Assembly (NCBI GenBank): GCA_021463845.1
Contig: JAJTXV010000005.1
Location: forward strand, 67,718 to 131,717
From: Anaerolineales bacterium
Lineage (GTDB): Bacteria; Chloroflexota; Anaerolineae; Anaerolineales; UBA11579
Length of the DNA: 64,000 nucleotides
Direction: 5' to 3'
This document shows positions 12,309-19,686 of this stretch, in pieces. Numbering within the stretch: position 1 is the stretch's first letter; each line of letters starts with the position of its first letter. Both the position numbers and the translations under genes were made by a program. The notes beneath the pieces were generated by a model. It made no database searches and was not told the origin of the DNA. It saw only the letters and a list, made by a program, of their open reading frames with translations.

Positions 12309-12748
12309 CAGGATGCTCTCACTTTCGGTAACGTCACAGTCAAAAATCCATCTTGGTAGGCAGCTTGAATGCGGTCGGTATTCACTTCACCCGGCAGCTG
12401 CACGGCGCTGAGGAATTCGCCAAAGCGCACTTCCATTTGGTAATAGGCGGCCTGTTCGGCCGGCTGCTGGCGCAGCCCGTACACCGCCATCTCGCGCCCC
12501 TCGATGGCAATGTTGAGCTCGGCCTCCTGCATGCCGGCCACCTCCACGCGCACCACGTAGGCCTGCTCGGTCTCGAGCAGGTCCGTGGGCGGGCGCCACA
12601 GGTGCGGCCGGGCCGCCCACTGGCGTGAGATGGCCGTCAGCCGGAATCGCACTTCCTGGGGGTTACCCCAGGCAGAGCGAGCGGTCAGTTTGTCTATTTC
12701 GGTTTCGTGCATGTACTGCGATGGCGTGCCCCGGTCAGGAGGCAGCAC
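12308..12748 (-). CDS. Hsp20/alpha-crystallin family small heat-shock protein
   Basis: The alpha-crystallin domain reads [23 protein letters not shown]...[16 protein letters not shown]...[13 protein letters not shown]. The stop overlaps the lon start. The start is uncertain (alternative ATG near 12712). Confidence 0.8.
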
Positions 12749-12775
12749 ACTTGCGCTGCGGCCGGGCCGCCGGCT

Positions 12776-13300
12776 TTAGGAAGCCAGGGCGGCCTTGGCG
12801 GCTTCCAGCACGGCAGCATAGTCCGGCTGGTCACCCAGGGCCTTCATGTAATCAGCGTAGGTTACCTTGCCCTTGCGGTCAACCACAAACACGGCGCGGC
12901 GCAGGATACGGCGGTCCTTGATCAGGGCGCCATACGATTCGCCAAAATTGGTGTCGTACGCGTCTGAATACGTGGTGACGCGTTCCACACCGTGCGCGGC
13001 GCACCAGTTGCTGAGCGCATACGGCAGGTCAGTGCTAACGGTGACGATCGCAATGTCAGGGTCCAGCGAGGCGGCTTCTTCATTGAAGCGCTTGGTCTCG
13101 GCCTCACACACGCTGGTATTCAGCGAGGGGACGGCCGCAATAATACGCACCTTGCCTTCGGTAGCTTTCAGCACATCCACCACTGTCCAATCCTTGGCGC
13201 GCAGCGTAAATTCAGGCGCCTGTTGGCCCACTTCAATATCGGGGCCTACAATGGTGACATCCTGCCCTGCCAGTTGCAATAAACCGTTACGTTCCATCAT
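12776..13300 (-). CDS. tpx: thiol peroxidase (atypical 2-Cys peroxiredoxin)
   Basis: 174 aa. The segment AVPSLNTSVCEAETKRFNEEA carries the peroxidatic Cys. Length and layout match Tpx. Confidence 0.9.
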   Translation of the reverse strand: MMERNGLLQLAGQDVTIVGPDIEVGQQAPEFTLRAKDWTVVDVLKATEGKVRIIAAVPSLNTSVCEAETKRFNEEAASLDPDIAIVTVSTDLPYALSNWCAAHGVERVTTYSDAYDTNFGESYGALIKDRRILRRAVFVVDRKGKVTYADYMKALGDQPDYAAVLEAAKAALAS

Positions 13301-13429
13301 TCTCCTATCCTAATGTTCAGGTCTTCTCAATATGCAATATAGACGCCGACCTGTACGCATATTTTACCCTTCAAAATACTCGCGATCACGCCGCGGCATG
13401 AAAGCCTGCGAGTGTAGAATTGCCGGGTC

Positions 13430-14623
13430 ATGCGCACCTTATCCTGGTGGCAACACCTCCTGCTGGCCGTGCTGGCTACCCTAGCGCTCTTTGCTATTTT
13501 CACTGTCTTTCAAATGCGCCTGCCCGACCCGGAGGCTTTCAGCCCGCAGGTGTTCTTCGTGGCGGCGGCCCTGCTGCTGGCTGGCACAGTGCGCATGGGG
13601 CCGCACCCGCTGCGCTGGGTGTACTGGCTGATCACTGGCTTGTGCATCTTCATCTTTCTGGACGAGATCGCCTACGGCGTGGAGCTGCTGGACTTCCAGC
13701 CCATCTACATTGAGCGTTACAACTTCTATATCCGCGATCTTCACAGCTCGATCGGCTCCCTGAGCGGCGTGCTGCAGGAGTGGCTGCCAGAGGCCGGGTG
13801 GAACCCGGCGCTGTTCGCTATCCTGATGCGCATCAGCGCCGGCGTGGGTCTGGGCCTGCTGGCGGTGTGGGCGCTGGCCCGCCACGGGCTGCAGGCCGCC
13901 AAGGAGGCGGCCTGGCAGGCGCGCATCCTGCGCCTGACGCTGTGGGCCAGCCTGCTCACCAGCCTCATCACGCTCGGCTATCTATTATGGCTGCCGGCTG
14001 ACCCCAAGAATGCGTTCCTGTTCGGCTTCTCACCGGCGCGCCTGACGGTAGTGGCCGGGCTAGCGCTGGCGGCAGCCCTGGCCGCCTGGCTTCTGCAGCA
14101 GCCAGCACGCTGGCCCGCCTTGCAAGCCCGCATCAGCGCTGTGCTGGGGCGGTATGCCCTGCTCGCCAGCCTGCTGCTGGCGGCGGTGGCGCTGGGCGGG
14201 TTGTATTACCAGATCGACGCCAGCTTCCATTTCCTGCCGGATGATCTGGTGCGCCTGCAGCGTATGATGCCGCCCGTGTTGTGGGCCATGGCGCAAGCGC
14301 TATTGCTCTGGCTGGCCGTCCAATTGTGGACCGGCCGCCTGCGCACGCCGGTCATTACGATGCTGCGCGATACGCAGCAGGCCTTTCACCAGCACCCTGC
14401 TTTCGTCTACGTGGCCTTTGGCCTGCTGGTGATCTTTGTAGCCCAGCTGATCGACCAGAACCTGCTCCCGCTGGACGATATGCTCTACACGCCCAACTAC
14501 CGCATCCAGCATTGGGCTGGTTGGACCGAGGAGACGCTGGAGATGATCGGCGCGTTCTTGTTCCTGATCGCGGCCTTCCTGGTGCCAGGCAAGCCTGCCC
14601 AACAAAAAAGCAGCCGCACGTAG
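13430..14623 (+). CDS. polytopic membrane protein, unknown function
   Basis: 397 aa with about 10 hydrophobic helices. I recognise no motif. Confidence 0.55.
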   Translation: MRTLSWWQHLLLAVLATLALFAIFTVFQMRLPDPEAFSPQVFFVAAALLLAGTVRMGPHPLRWVYWLITGLCIFIFLDEIAYGVELLDFQPIYIERYNFYIRDLHSSIGSLSGVLQEWLPEAGWNPALFAILMRISAGVGLGLLAVWALARHGLQAAKEAAWQARILRLTLWASLLTSLITLGYLLWLPADPKNAFLFGFSPARLTVVAGLALAAALAAWLLQQPARWPALQARISAVLGRYALLASLLLAAVALGGLYYQIDASFHFLPDDLVRLQRMMPPVLWAMAQALLLWLAVQLWTGRLRTPVITMLRDTQQAFHQHPAFVYVAFGLLVIFVAQLIDQNLLPLDDMLYTPNYRIQHWAGWTEETLEMIGAFLFLIAAFLVPGKPAQQKSSRT

Positions 14624-14637
14624 CGGCTGCTTTTTTT
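14604..14637. terminator. bidirectional Rho-independent terminator between convergent genes
   Basis: aaaaaa-gcagccgc(14610-14617)-acgta-gcggctgc(14623-14630)-ttttttt. It serves the + gene ending at 14623 and the minus-strand Ubl operon ending at 14653. Confidence 0.75.
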
Positions 14638-14652
14638 ATTCTCCGAAATCCA

Positions 14653-15789
14653 CTAGTCTTTCAGTTTGATACGCGGCCGCTTGCCGAAGGGCTTGCGGCG
14701 CGGTTTCCCGGCGCCCGCCTTCGGATTGGCCGCCCCCTGCCCCTGGCGCACCGCGCCAACGATCAGCGGCACGGCCACCAGCAGCGCCAGCACTCCCACG
14801 ATGGCAGCGAACTGCGGCCTGGCCGCAGGCTGCTCAACCTCGGGCACCAACCCACCCGGATTATAGCGTTCACCACTTTCCGCCACCGGTTCCCCGCCGC
14901 CGGCAGGCGCTAACGTCACACTGAGCGAGCGATTCACGCCGTCACGCAGCGCAGCGGGCGAAATGTAGCTGAGTTGGTATTCACTCTGCAGCGCATACGA
15001 GTAGCTCTCGTACAGCCGGGTCAGGCTGTCTTCATCTTCGACGTAGCCATACTGCCCGCCGGATTGCGCCGCCAAGTCTTGCAGGCCGGGCTCGTCAATA
15101 CCGCTCATGCGGTCGCCGCCCGGCGTGCCCAGCCCCACCGTGGAGATCGAGGCGCCTTCGTTCTGCACGCGGGCCACCACATCCGGCGCGGCCCACTGGC
15201 TGGAGTTATCCAGGCCATCGGTCAGCACGATGATGGCCTTGCGGCCCTGTACGCCTTCCAGTTCATCCAGCGCGGTCATCAGGGCATTGAACATGGCGGT
15301 GTCATCATCGCCCCGCAGACTGTCGATGGCGCTATGCAGCGCGGCCTGATCAGAGGTCAGCCCCTGCACCACCTGCACCTGCGTGTTGAACGAGATCAAG
15401 CCGCTCTGATCCTGCGGGCGCATGCGCTCCACGAATTGGTGCGCGGCCGCCTTGGCCGAATCCAGCTTGCCGTCCGGGTTCATGCTGCCGGAGACATCCA
15501 TCACCAGCATGGTGGTCAGCGCTTCCACTTCGCCAACCCCCTGGATCTGGTCGAGAGCGATAGGCTGGCCGTTCTCCATGATGACAAAGCGGCTCGGGTT
15601 GACCGGATAGGGGTTTCCGTCCGCGTCCGTCACCGAAACGAAGAACGTGACCCGCGGGAACTGCGAAGTGTCCACCTGGGTGATGCGTACTTGCAGGCCC
15701 TCCTCCTGTGCCAGCGGCGCGAAGGCCAGGCCGGACAGCAGATTGAGCGCCAGAATGAGTCCAAGCGTTAAACGAGTGAGTTTGTGCAT
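14653..15789 (-). CDS. secreted/membrane-anchored von Willebrand factor A (vWA) domain protein
   Basis: N-terminal signal peptide (LTLGLILALNLLSGLAFA). The MIDAS motif is MDVSGSM, followed by LTDGLDN. A C-terminal TM helix FAAIVGVLALLVAVPLIVGAV precedes the basic tail ...KRPRIKLKD. Confidence 0.85.
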   Translation of the reverse strand: MHKLTRLTLGLILALNLLSGLAFAPLAQEEGLQVRITQVDTSQFPRVTFFVSVTDADGNPYPVNPSRFVIMENGQPIALDQIQGVGEVEALTTMLVMDVSGSMNPDGKLDSAKAAAHQFVERMRPQDQSGLISFNTQVQVVQGLTSDQAALHSAIDSLRGDDDTAMFNALMTALDELEGVQGRKAIIVLTDGLDNSSQWAAPDVVARVQNEGASISTVGLGTPGGDRMSGIDEPGLQDLAAQSGGQYGYVEDEDSLTRLYESYSYALQSEYQLSYISPAALRDGVNRSLSVTLAPAGGGEPVAESGERYNPGGLVPEVEQPAARPQFAAIVGVLALLVAVPLIVGAVRQGQGAANPKAGAGKPRRKPFGKRPRIKLKD

Positions 15790-15791
15790 GC

Positions 15792-16649
15792 TTACCTCTT
15801 CTCGTGATAGACAAGTTGAGTGTTACCGACGCGGATAGCCTGCTCATCCAGCAAGCGGGCCTGCTCCACCTTGCGCCCGTTGATGAAAGTGCCCTTCTGG
15901 CTCATGTCGCGAATATTCATGTGGGTGTCGCCGCCGCTCAGCATGGCGTGCTGCGGGTCAATGTCAGGGTCAGGCAGCACAATGTCTGCCTTCAGGGCGC
16001 TGCTGCCCACATAGGCGGTAGGCCCATTGGCATGGATGAATTTGTCGAGCACGAACTCAGTGCCTTTGAGCTTGCCGCTCACCACTTCCAGCCAAGCCTT
16101 CGAAAGCAGCAGTACCACCAGCGCGATCAGCGCACCGATGGCGGCGCCCAGCAGGCCCAGGCCGATGGCCTTGCCAATGAGTGCATCCGCCAGGCGCGCC
16201 CGCGCCAGCTCCAGCAGGGCGCCGCCTACTGCGCCGCCCAGCAAGCCGCCCAGGGCGGGCTTCCACATCTGCGCCCCGCTGCTGAAACCCAGCCCGGCGC
16301 CGATGAAGCCGCCGAACACCGCCCAGCCCAGCGCGCGAGTCCAGGCTTCGCCGCCCAGGGTTTGGAAGGCGGCCTCCGCCAGCGGCAGGCCAATGGCGCC
16401 GCCCACCAGGCCGAACAGGCCGTTGGTCAGGCCGGCCCGCACCGCATAACCTGGGCTGCGCAGGGCGGCGCCTTCGCTCATGCCGATCAGGCTGCCGATG
16501 CAGAAGCCGATCAGCCCACCCACCACGACTTCACTGAGATAGACGTTCTGGGTGAACGACAGGCCCAGCACATTGCTGACCTGCCAGCCGATCAACCCGC
16601 CGATCGCCCCCAGCAGGGTGTAGTAATACAAACGTGTCATCCGGTTCAT
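15792..16649 (-). CDS. glycine-zipper membrane protein with C-terminal FHA domain
   Basis: The N-terminal ~190 aa are Gly-rich TM segments (GxxxG repeats). The C-terminal FHA domain reads YVGSSALKADIVLPDPDIDPQHAMLS...GTFINGRKV...IRVGNTQLV. The start overlaps the JAB stop (ATGA). Confidence 0.8.
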   Translation of the reverse strand: MNRMTRLYYYTLLGAIGGLIGWQVSNVLGLSFTQNVYLSEVVVGGLIGFCIGSLIGMSEGAALRSPGYAVRAGLTNGLFGLVGGAIGLPLAEAAFQTLGGEAWTRALGWAVFGGFIGAGLGFSSGAQMWKPALGGLLGGAVGGALLELARARLADALIGKAIGLGLLGAAIGALIALVVLLLSKAWLEVVSGKLKGTEFVLDKFIHANGPTAYVGSSALKADIVLPDPDIDPQHAMLSGGDTHMNIRDMSQKGTFINGRKVEQARLLDEQAIRVGNTQLVYHEKR

Positions 16650-17614
16650 TGTTTGTTCTCCGTTTGGGGATCGTGCGCAACCGGAGGCTGCGCGGGAGTT
16701 TTCGTCTCAGCCTGAGACTTTGTCTCAGCTTTGGGATGTGCGGGAGGCTTGACCTCAACGCGGGGCTTTGACTCTGCCTGAGGCTTCGCCTCAGGCTTGC
16801 GGGCCGCGTCCGCCTGCGGCTTGCGAGCCGCGGGCGTAGCCGTCACGGTTTTCACCTCGACCGGGCGCGTATCCGAGATCTCTGCGCGGCTGGGCTGAGG
16901 CTTAGGGCTGGCCGGCGGCTGCGCCGCCGCTGCAGCCGGTTTTGGCTGCGGCTCAGGCCGCAAGTTAGCCCAGTCCACCACGCTGTCCATGCTGCTGGAA
17001 TGCAGCTCGTAGAAGCCGCTGTAGCGGCGCGGCGACAGCTCGCCATCCTTACGCATGAACAAGCCGGCCTGGCGGGTATGCGGCTCGACCACCAGCGCCA
17101 CCTGCCAGGGCTGCGGAAAGAAGTGATCGTGCAGCCAGGTGTCATAGCCTGAAAGAAAAATGCCCATGCGCGGGTGGGTGTGATACCAGCCCACCACGCA
17201 CTTGTTCTCATACTGCTCTTCGAGGGCTGAGAGCATCGCCACCTGGCTGTCATGTGTAAAGGTAAGGAAGGTGCTGCCTGAGCGCACTTGCTGCGCCGGC
17301 AGCAGAGCTTCCACCACCACGAACTCCTTGCCAGCCCGCCCATCCCGGCACCAGCGCCCCGCCAGCCAGCCGCCGACCTCGTTGTCCATGTCACTGGCGG
17401 CGTGCAGCGCGATGGTCTTGATCACGCTCTGCGTGAAGAAGACCGGCAGCGCCGGCTGGGCGCTGTCCTCGCCTGCCGCCAGCCAGCGTTGGGAGCGGCT
17501 CAGCGGCAGGCGGGCACGGCGCGGGGCGCCGAGCGGGTTTTGCAAACCCTGCGGCTTCTTGGAGGCGGAGGTGGATGTGCTCATGGCATTGGCCTTGCGC
17601 TGCCGGGTGGCCAT
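16646..17614 (-). CDS. JAMM/MPN+ metalloprotease (JAB deubiquitinase-like) with Pro/Lys/Ala-rich tail
   Basis: The Glu lies in NEVGGWLAG. GWYHTHPRMGIFLSGYD gives H-x-H-x7-S-x2-D, the complete JAMM motif. The C-terminal ~110 aa are low complexity. Confidence 0.9.
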   Translation of the reverse strand: MATRQRKANAMSTSTSASKKPQGLQNPLGAPRRARLPLSRSQRWLAAGEDSAQPALPVFFTQSVIKTIALHAASDMDNEVGGWLAGRWCRDGRAGKEFVVVEALLPAQQVRSGSTFLTFTHDSQVAMLSALEEQYENKCVVGWYHTHPRMGIFLSGYDTWLHDHFFPQPWQVALVVEPHTRQAGLFMRKDGELSPRRYSGFYELHSSSMDSVVDWANLRPEPQPKPAAAAAQPPASPKPQPSRAEISDTRPVEVKTVTATPAARKPQADAARKPEAKPQAESKPRVEVKPPAHPKAETKSQAETKTPAQPPVAHDPQTENKQ

Positions 17615-17648
17615 GTTGCGAATGCAACATGGCCACCCAAATCAGCAA

Positions 17649-17915
17649 TTACCCGGCGGTGACGTCAGCCGTGATCATCAGGCGGTCGTCGGCGGGGACA
17701 CCGGCGGCCTCCAGGGTCTCGTCTTCCTTCAGCTCGCGGCCCAGGGCCTTGCTGTCCAGACGGTAGCCCATCGGGCGGCCGTCAGGACCGGTGGTGGGCA
17801 GCTCCAGCGTGGTGGCCAGCTCCGGGATCAGTTCCTTCACTTCCACATCATTGGGCACCTCAGCGGTGCGGCTGCCCCCAGACGGCAAAACTACGGTCAC
17901 AGGAATGTCAGGCAT
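17649..17915 (-). CDS. free ubiquitin-like beta-grasp protein ending ...TADVTAG-stop
   Basis: 88 aa with an AAGGAG RBS upstream. The strand/helix pattern is beta-grasp-like (IPVTVVLPSGGSRTAEVPNDVEVKELIPELATTLELP...). It is a paralogue of the N-terminal domain of the adjacent E2 fusion, and its terminal residue is Gly. Confidence 0.8.
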   Translation of the reverse strand: MPDIPVTVVLPSGGSRTAEVPNDVEVKELIPELATTLELPTTGPDGRPMGYRLDSKALGRELKEDETLEAAGVPADDRLMITADVTAG

Positions 17916-17950
17916 GTCTTAATCTCCTTTGCGTCTAGCAAAAATTTGGA

Positions 17951-18802
17951 TTACTTCAACTTGATGCGCGGCTTCGGCTTCGCCGAGGCGGGCGTCTTCT
18001 TCAGATGCACACGCTCCGGGCGCAAAAGCTCACGCGTATCCACAGGGAAGAATTTGGGATTCTTTTTGCGGTAGCCGCGGCTCCAACGGGCCGCCTCGGC
18101 ATCCCAAGGGAAGGGCGGCTTGGTGGGGTCATCGTGAAAGTTCTTGTACTGCACCATCTCGCCGATCATCAGCACCAGGCGGTCCAGCGAACGGCTGGCG
18201 GTCCACCAGGCTGCATCCACACACACTGTGCCATTCAGATGGTTGATGTTGGGGTGCCACACCGGCGTCAGCCACTTCATGCCCGGCCAGCGCTGCGGAT
18301 ACTGGTTGTGCAGATAGATCTCCACCTGGTGCTTGTCTCCCAGCATGGGCTCGCCTTTGTGATTGACCGCGATCACGCCTTTGCACTTATAGGTGACGAT
18401 GTAGGTCTCGGGCGGCATTTTTGGATTGGCCGAGATGGCCTTGAACTCGATGAGATCGCTCTGCGCGGCCAGCTCCTGCATGCGCTGCAAGTCCGCCTTC
18501 AGACGGCGGATGCGCGGGCTCTCGCCCAGCTTGACCGCGCCGGCGGTGATGTCCGCCGTCAGGATCAGGCGGTCCTCGGCGGGCACTTCTGCGCTCGCCA
18601 GCGTCTCGGTTTCCTTCAGCTCGCGGCCCAGGGCCTTGCTGTCCAGCCGGTAGCCCATCGGGCGGCCGTCTGGCCCTACCGTGGGCAGGCCGAGCAGCGA
18701 GATCAGCTCCACCACCAGCTCACGTACCGGGGCATCATCAGGCAGCTCGGCTTTGCGAGCGCCGCCGTTTGGCAGGATGATGGTCAATTCGATATCAGCC
18801 AT
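17951..18802 (-). CDS. Ubl::E2 fusion (N-terminal ubiquitin-like domain + UBC-fold ubiquitin-conjugating enzyme)
   Basis: Residues 1-87 resemble the free Ubl and end TADITAG. The E2 core is YLHNQYPQRWPGMKWLTPVWHPNINHLNGTVCVD, i.e. the eukaryote-type HPN triad plus the catalytic Cys. A GAGGAG RBS lies upstream. Confidence 0.9.
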   Translation of the reverse strand: MADIELTIILPNGGARKAELPDDAPVRELVVELISLLGLPTVGPDGRPMGYRLDSKALGRELKETETLASAEVPAEDRLILTADITAGAVKLGESPRIRRLKADLQRMQELAAQSDLIEFKAISANPKMPPETYIVTYKCKGVIAVNHKGEPMLGDKHQVEIYLHNQYPQRWPGMKWLTPVWHPNINHLNGTVCVDAAWWTASRSLDRLVLMIGEMVQYKNFHDDPTKPPFPWDAEAARWSRGYRKKNPKFFPVDTRELLRPERVHLKKTPASAKPKPRIKLK

Positions 18803-18819
18803 ACAATGCTCTCCTCAAC

Positions 18820-19683
18820 TCAATTCTGGAAGGCGTGCGGCACCTGGCACACGCCCGTGATCTCCCAGCAGTCTGCGTGGTGCCAGGTCTTGCAGACCTT
18901 GCAGATCTTGACGCCGCGCGGGTCGCGCTTGGTCACCGGCTCCAGGCAGTAGGGGCACATGTGGCGTTCCTGCGCGCTGAGCGTGATGCCGCTGCCGCGG
19001 GCCGCACGCTTGCGAGCCGGCCGCGCCGAGCGGATCTTGCGCGTGGTTGGCGTAGGCGTAAAGAACTTGGATATCCCAGCCCGAGCACGTTGCGCGAACG
19101 AAGGGCGCGCTGCACTGCGCGGTTGGCCGCGGCTCGGCTGCCGGCTGCGCGCCCGTGGCGCAGCCGGCGCAGAGCCAACGCTGACGCGCGGCCGGGGCGC
19201 AATGTTGACTTCTACGTCTACCTCCCCGCGCGGTTCCACCATCACGGTGCGGCGGCGCGGCGCCCAGGCCGCCTGGCCCGCGCCCACCGCCAGGCCCATG
19301 ACCAGCAGTTGAATGGCGGCATCCAGCGGTGTGGCGATGGCATAGCTGCGCAGCAGGTTCAGGCCCACGAAGCCCAGGGTCAGCGGGCTGAGCACCGCCA
19401 GGGCGATCAGCCCGGCGAAGGCGGCCGTAGCCGCCCGCAGGGCCGGGCTGCGCCCGGCCAGCACCCGGCGGCTCATGAAGCTGGCCGCCAGGCCGATGCC
19501 GATAATGACAACGAACTTGAGCAGGAACGGCGAGAAGCTGGTGGGCAGCACGAACAGCAGGGTCAGGCCCAGCCCCACCAGGGTGGCAAACAACACACAC
19601 AGGGTGATACGCCCAAGCGCGCTGTCTACGAACTTGCTTTCATCTCCCAGTAAAAATCGTCTCATCGCTACCGCTTGCATCAT
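18820..19683 (-). CDS. four-TM membrane protein with C-terminal RING/PHD-like zinc finger (putative E3)
   Basis: Four hydrophobic helices are followed by an Arg/Pro-rich linker. The finger is CPYC-x14-CKVC-x3-HH-x2-C-x6-C-x3-H (eight-ligand cross-brace pattern), matching my recollection of the TM-linked prokaryotic RING family (Pfam Prok-RING_1). Confidence 0.8.
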   Translation of the reverse strand: MMQAVAMRRFLLGDESKFVDSALGRITLCVLFATLVGLGLTLLFVLPTSFSPFLLKFVVIIGIGLAASFMSRRVLAGRSPALRAATAAFAGLIALAVLSPLTLGFVGLNLLRSYAIATPLDAAIQLLVMGLAVGAGQAAWAPRRRTVMVEPRGEVDVEVNIAPRPRVSVGSAPAAPRARSRQPSRGQPRSAARPSFAQRARAGISKFFTPTPTTRKIRSARPARKRAARGSGITLSAQERHMCPYCLEPVTKRDPRGVKICKVCKTWHHADCWEITGVCQVPHAFQN

Positions 19684-19686
19684 GGC

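Noticed and set aside
18815-19653. Alternative frames (261 aa minus, 272 aa plus) across the RING-protein locus
   Set aside because: Both are Arg/Gly/Pro/Ala low-complexity translations. Only the 18820-19683 frame yields coherent TM helices plus an eight-ligand Cys/His finger, and it fits the tight operon spacing.
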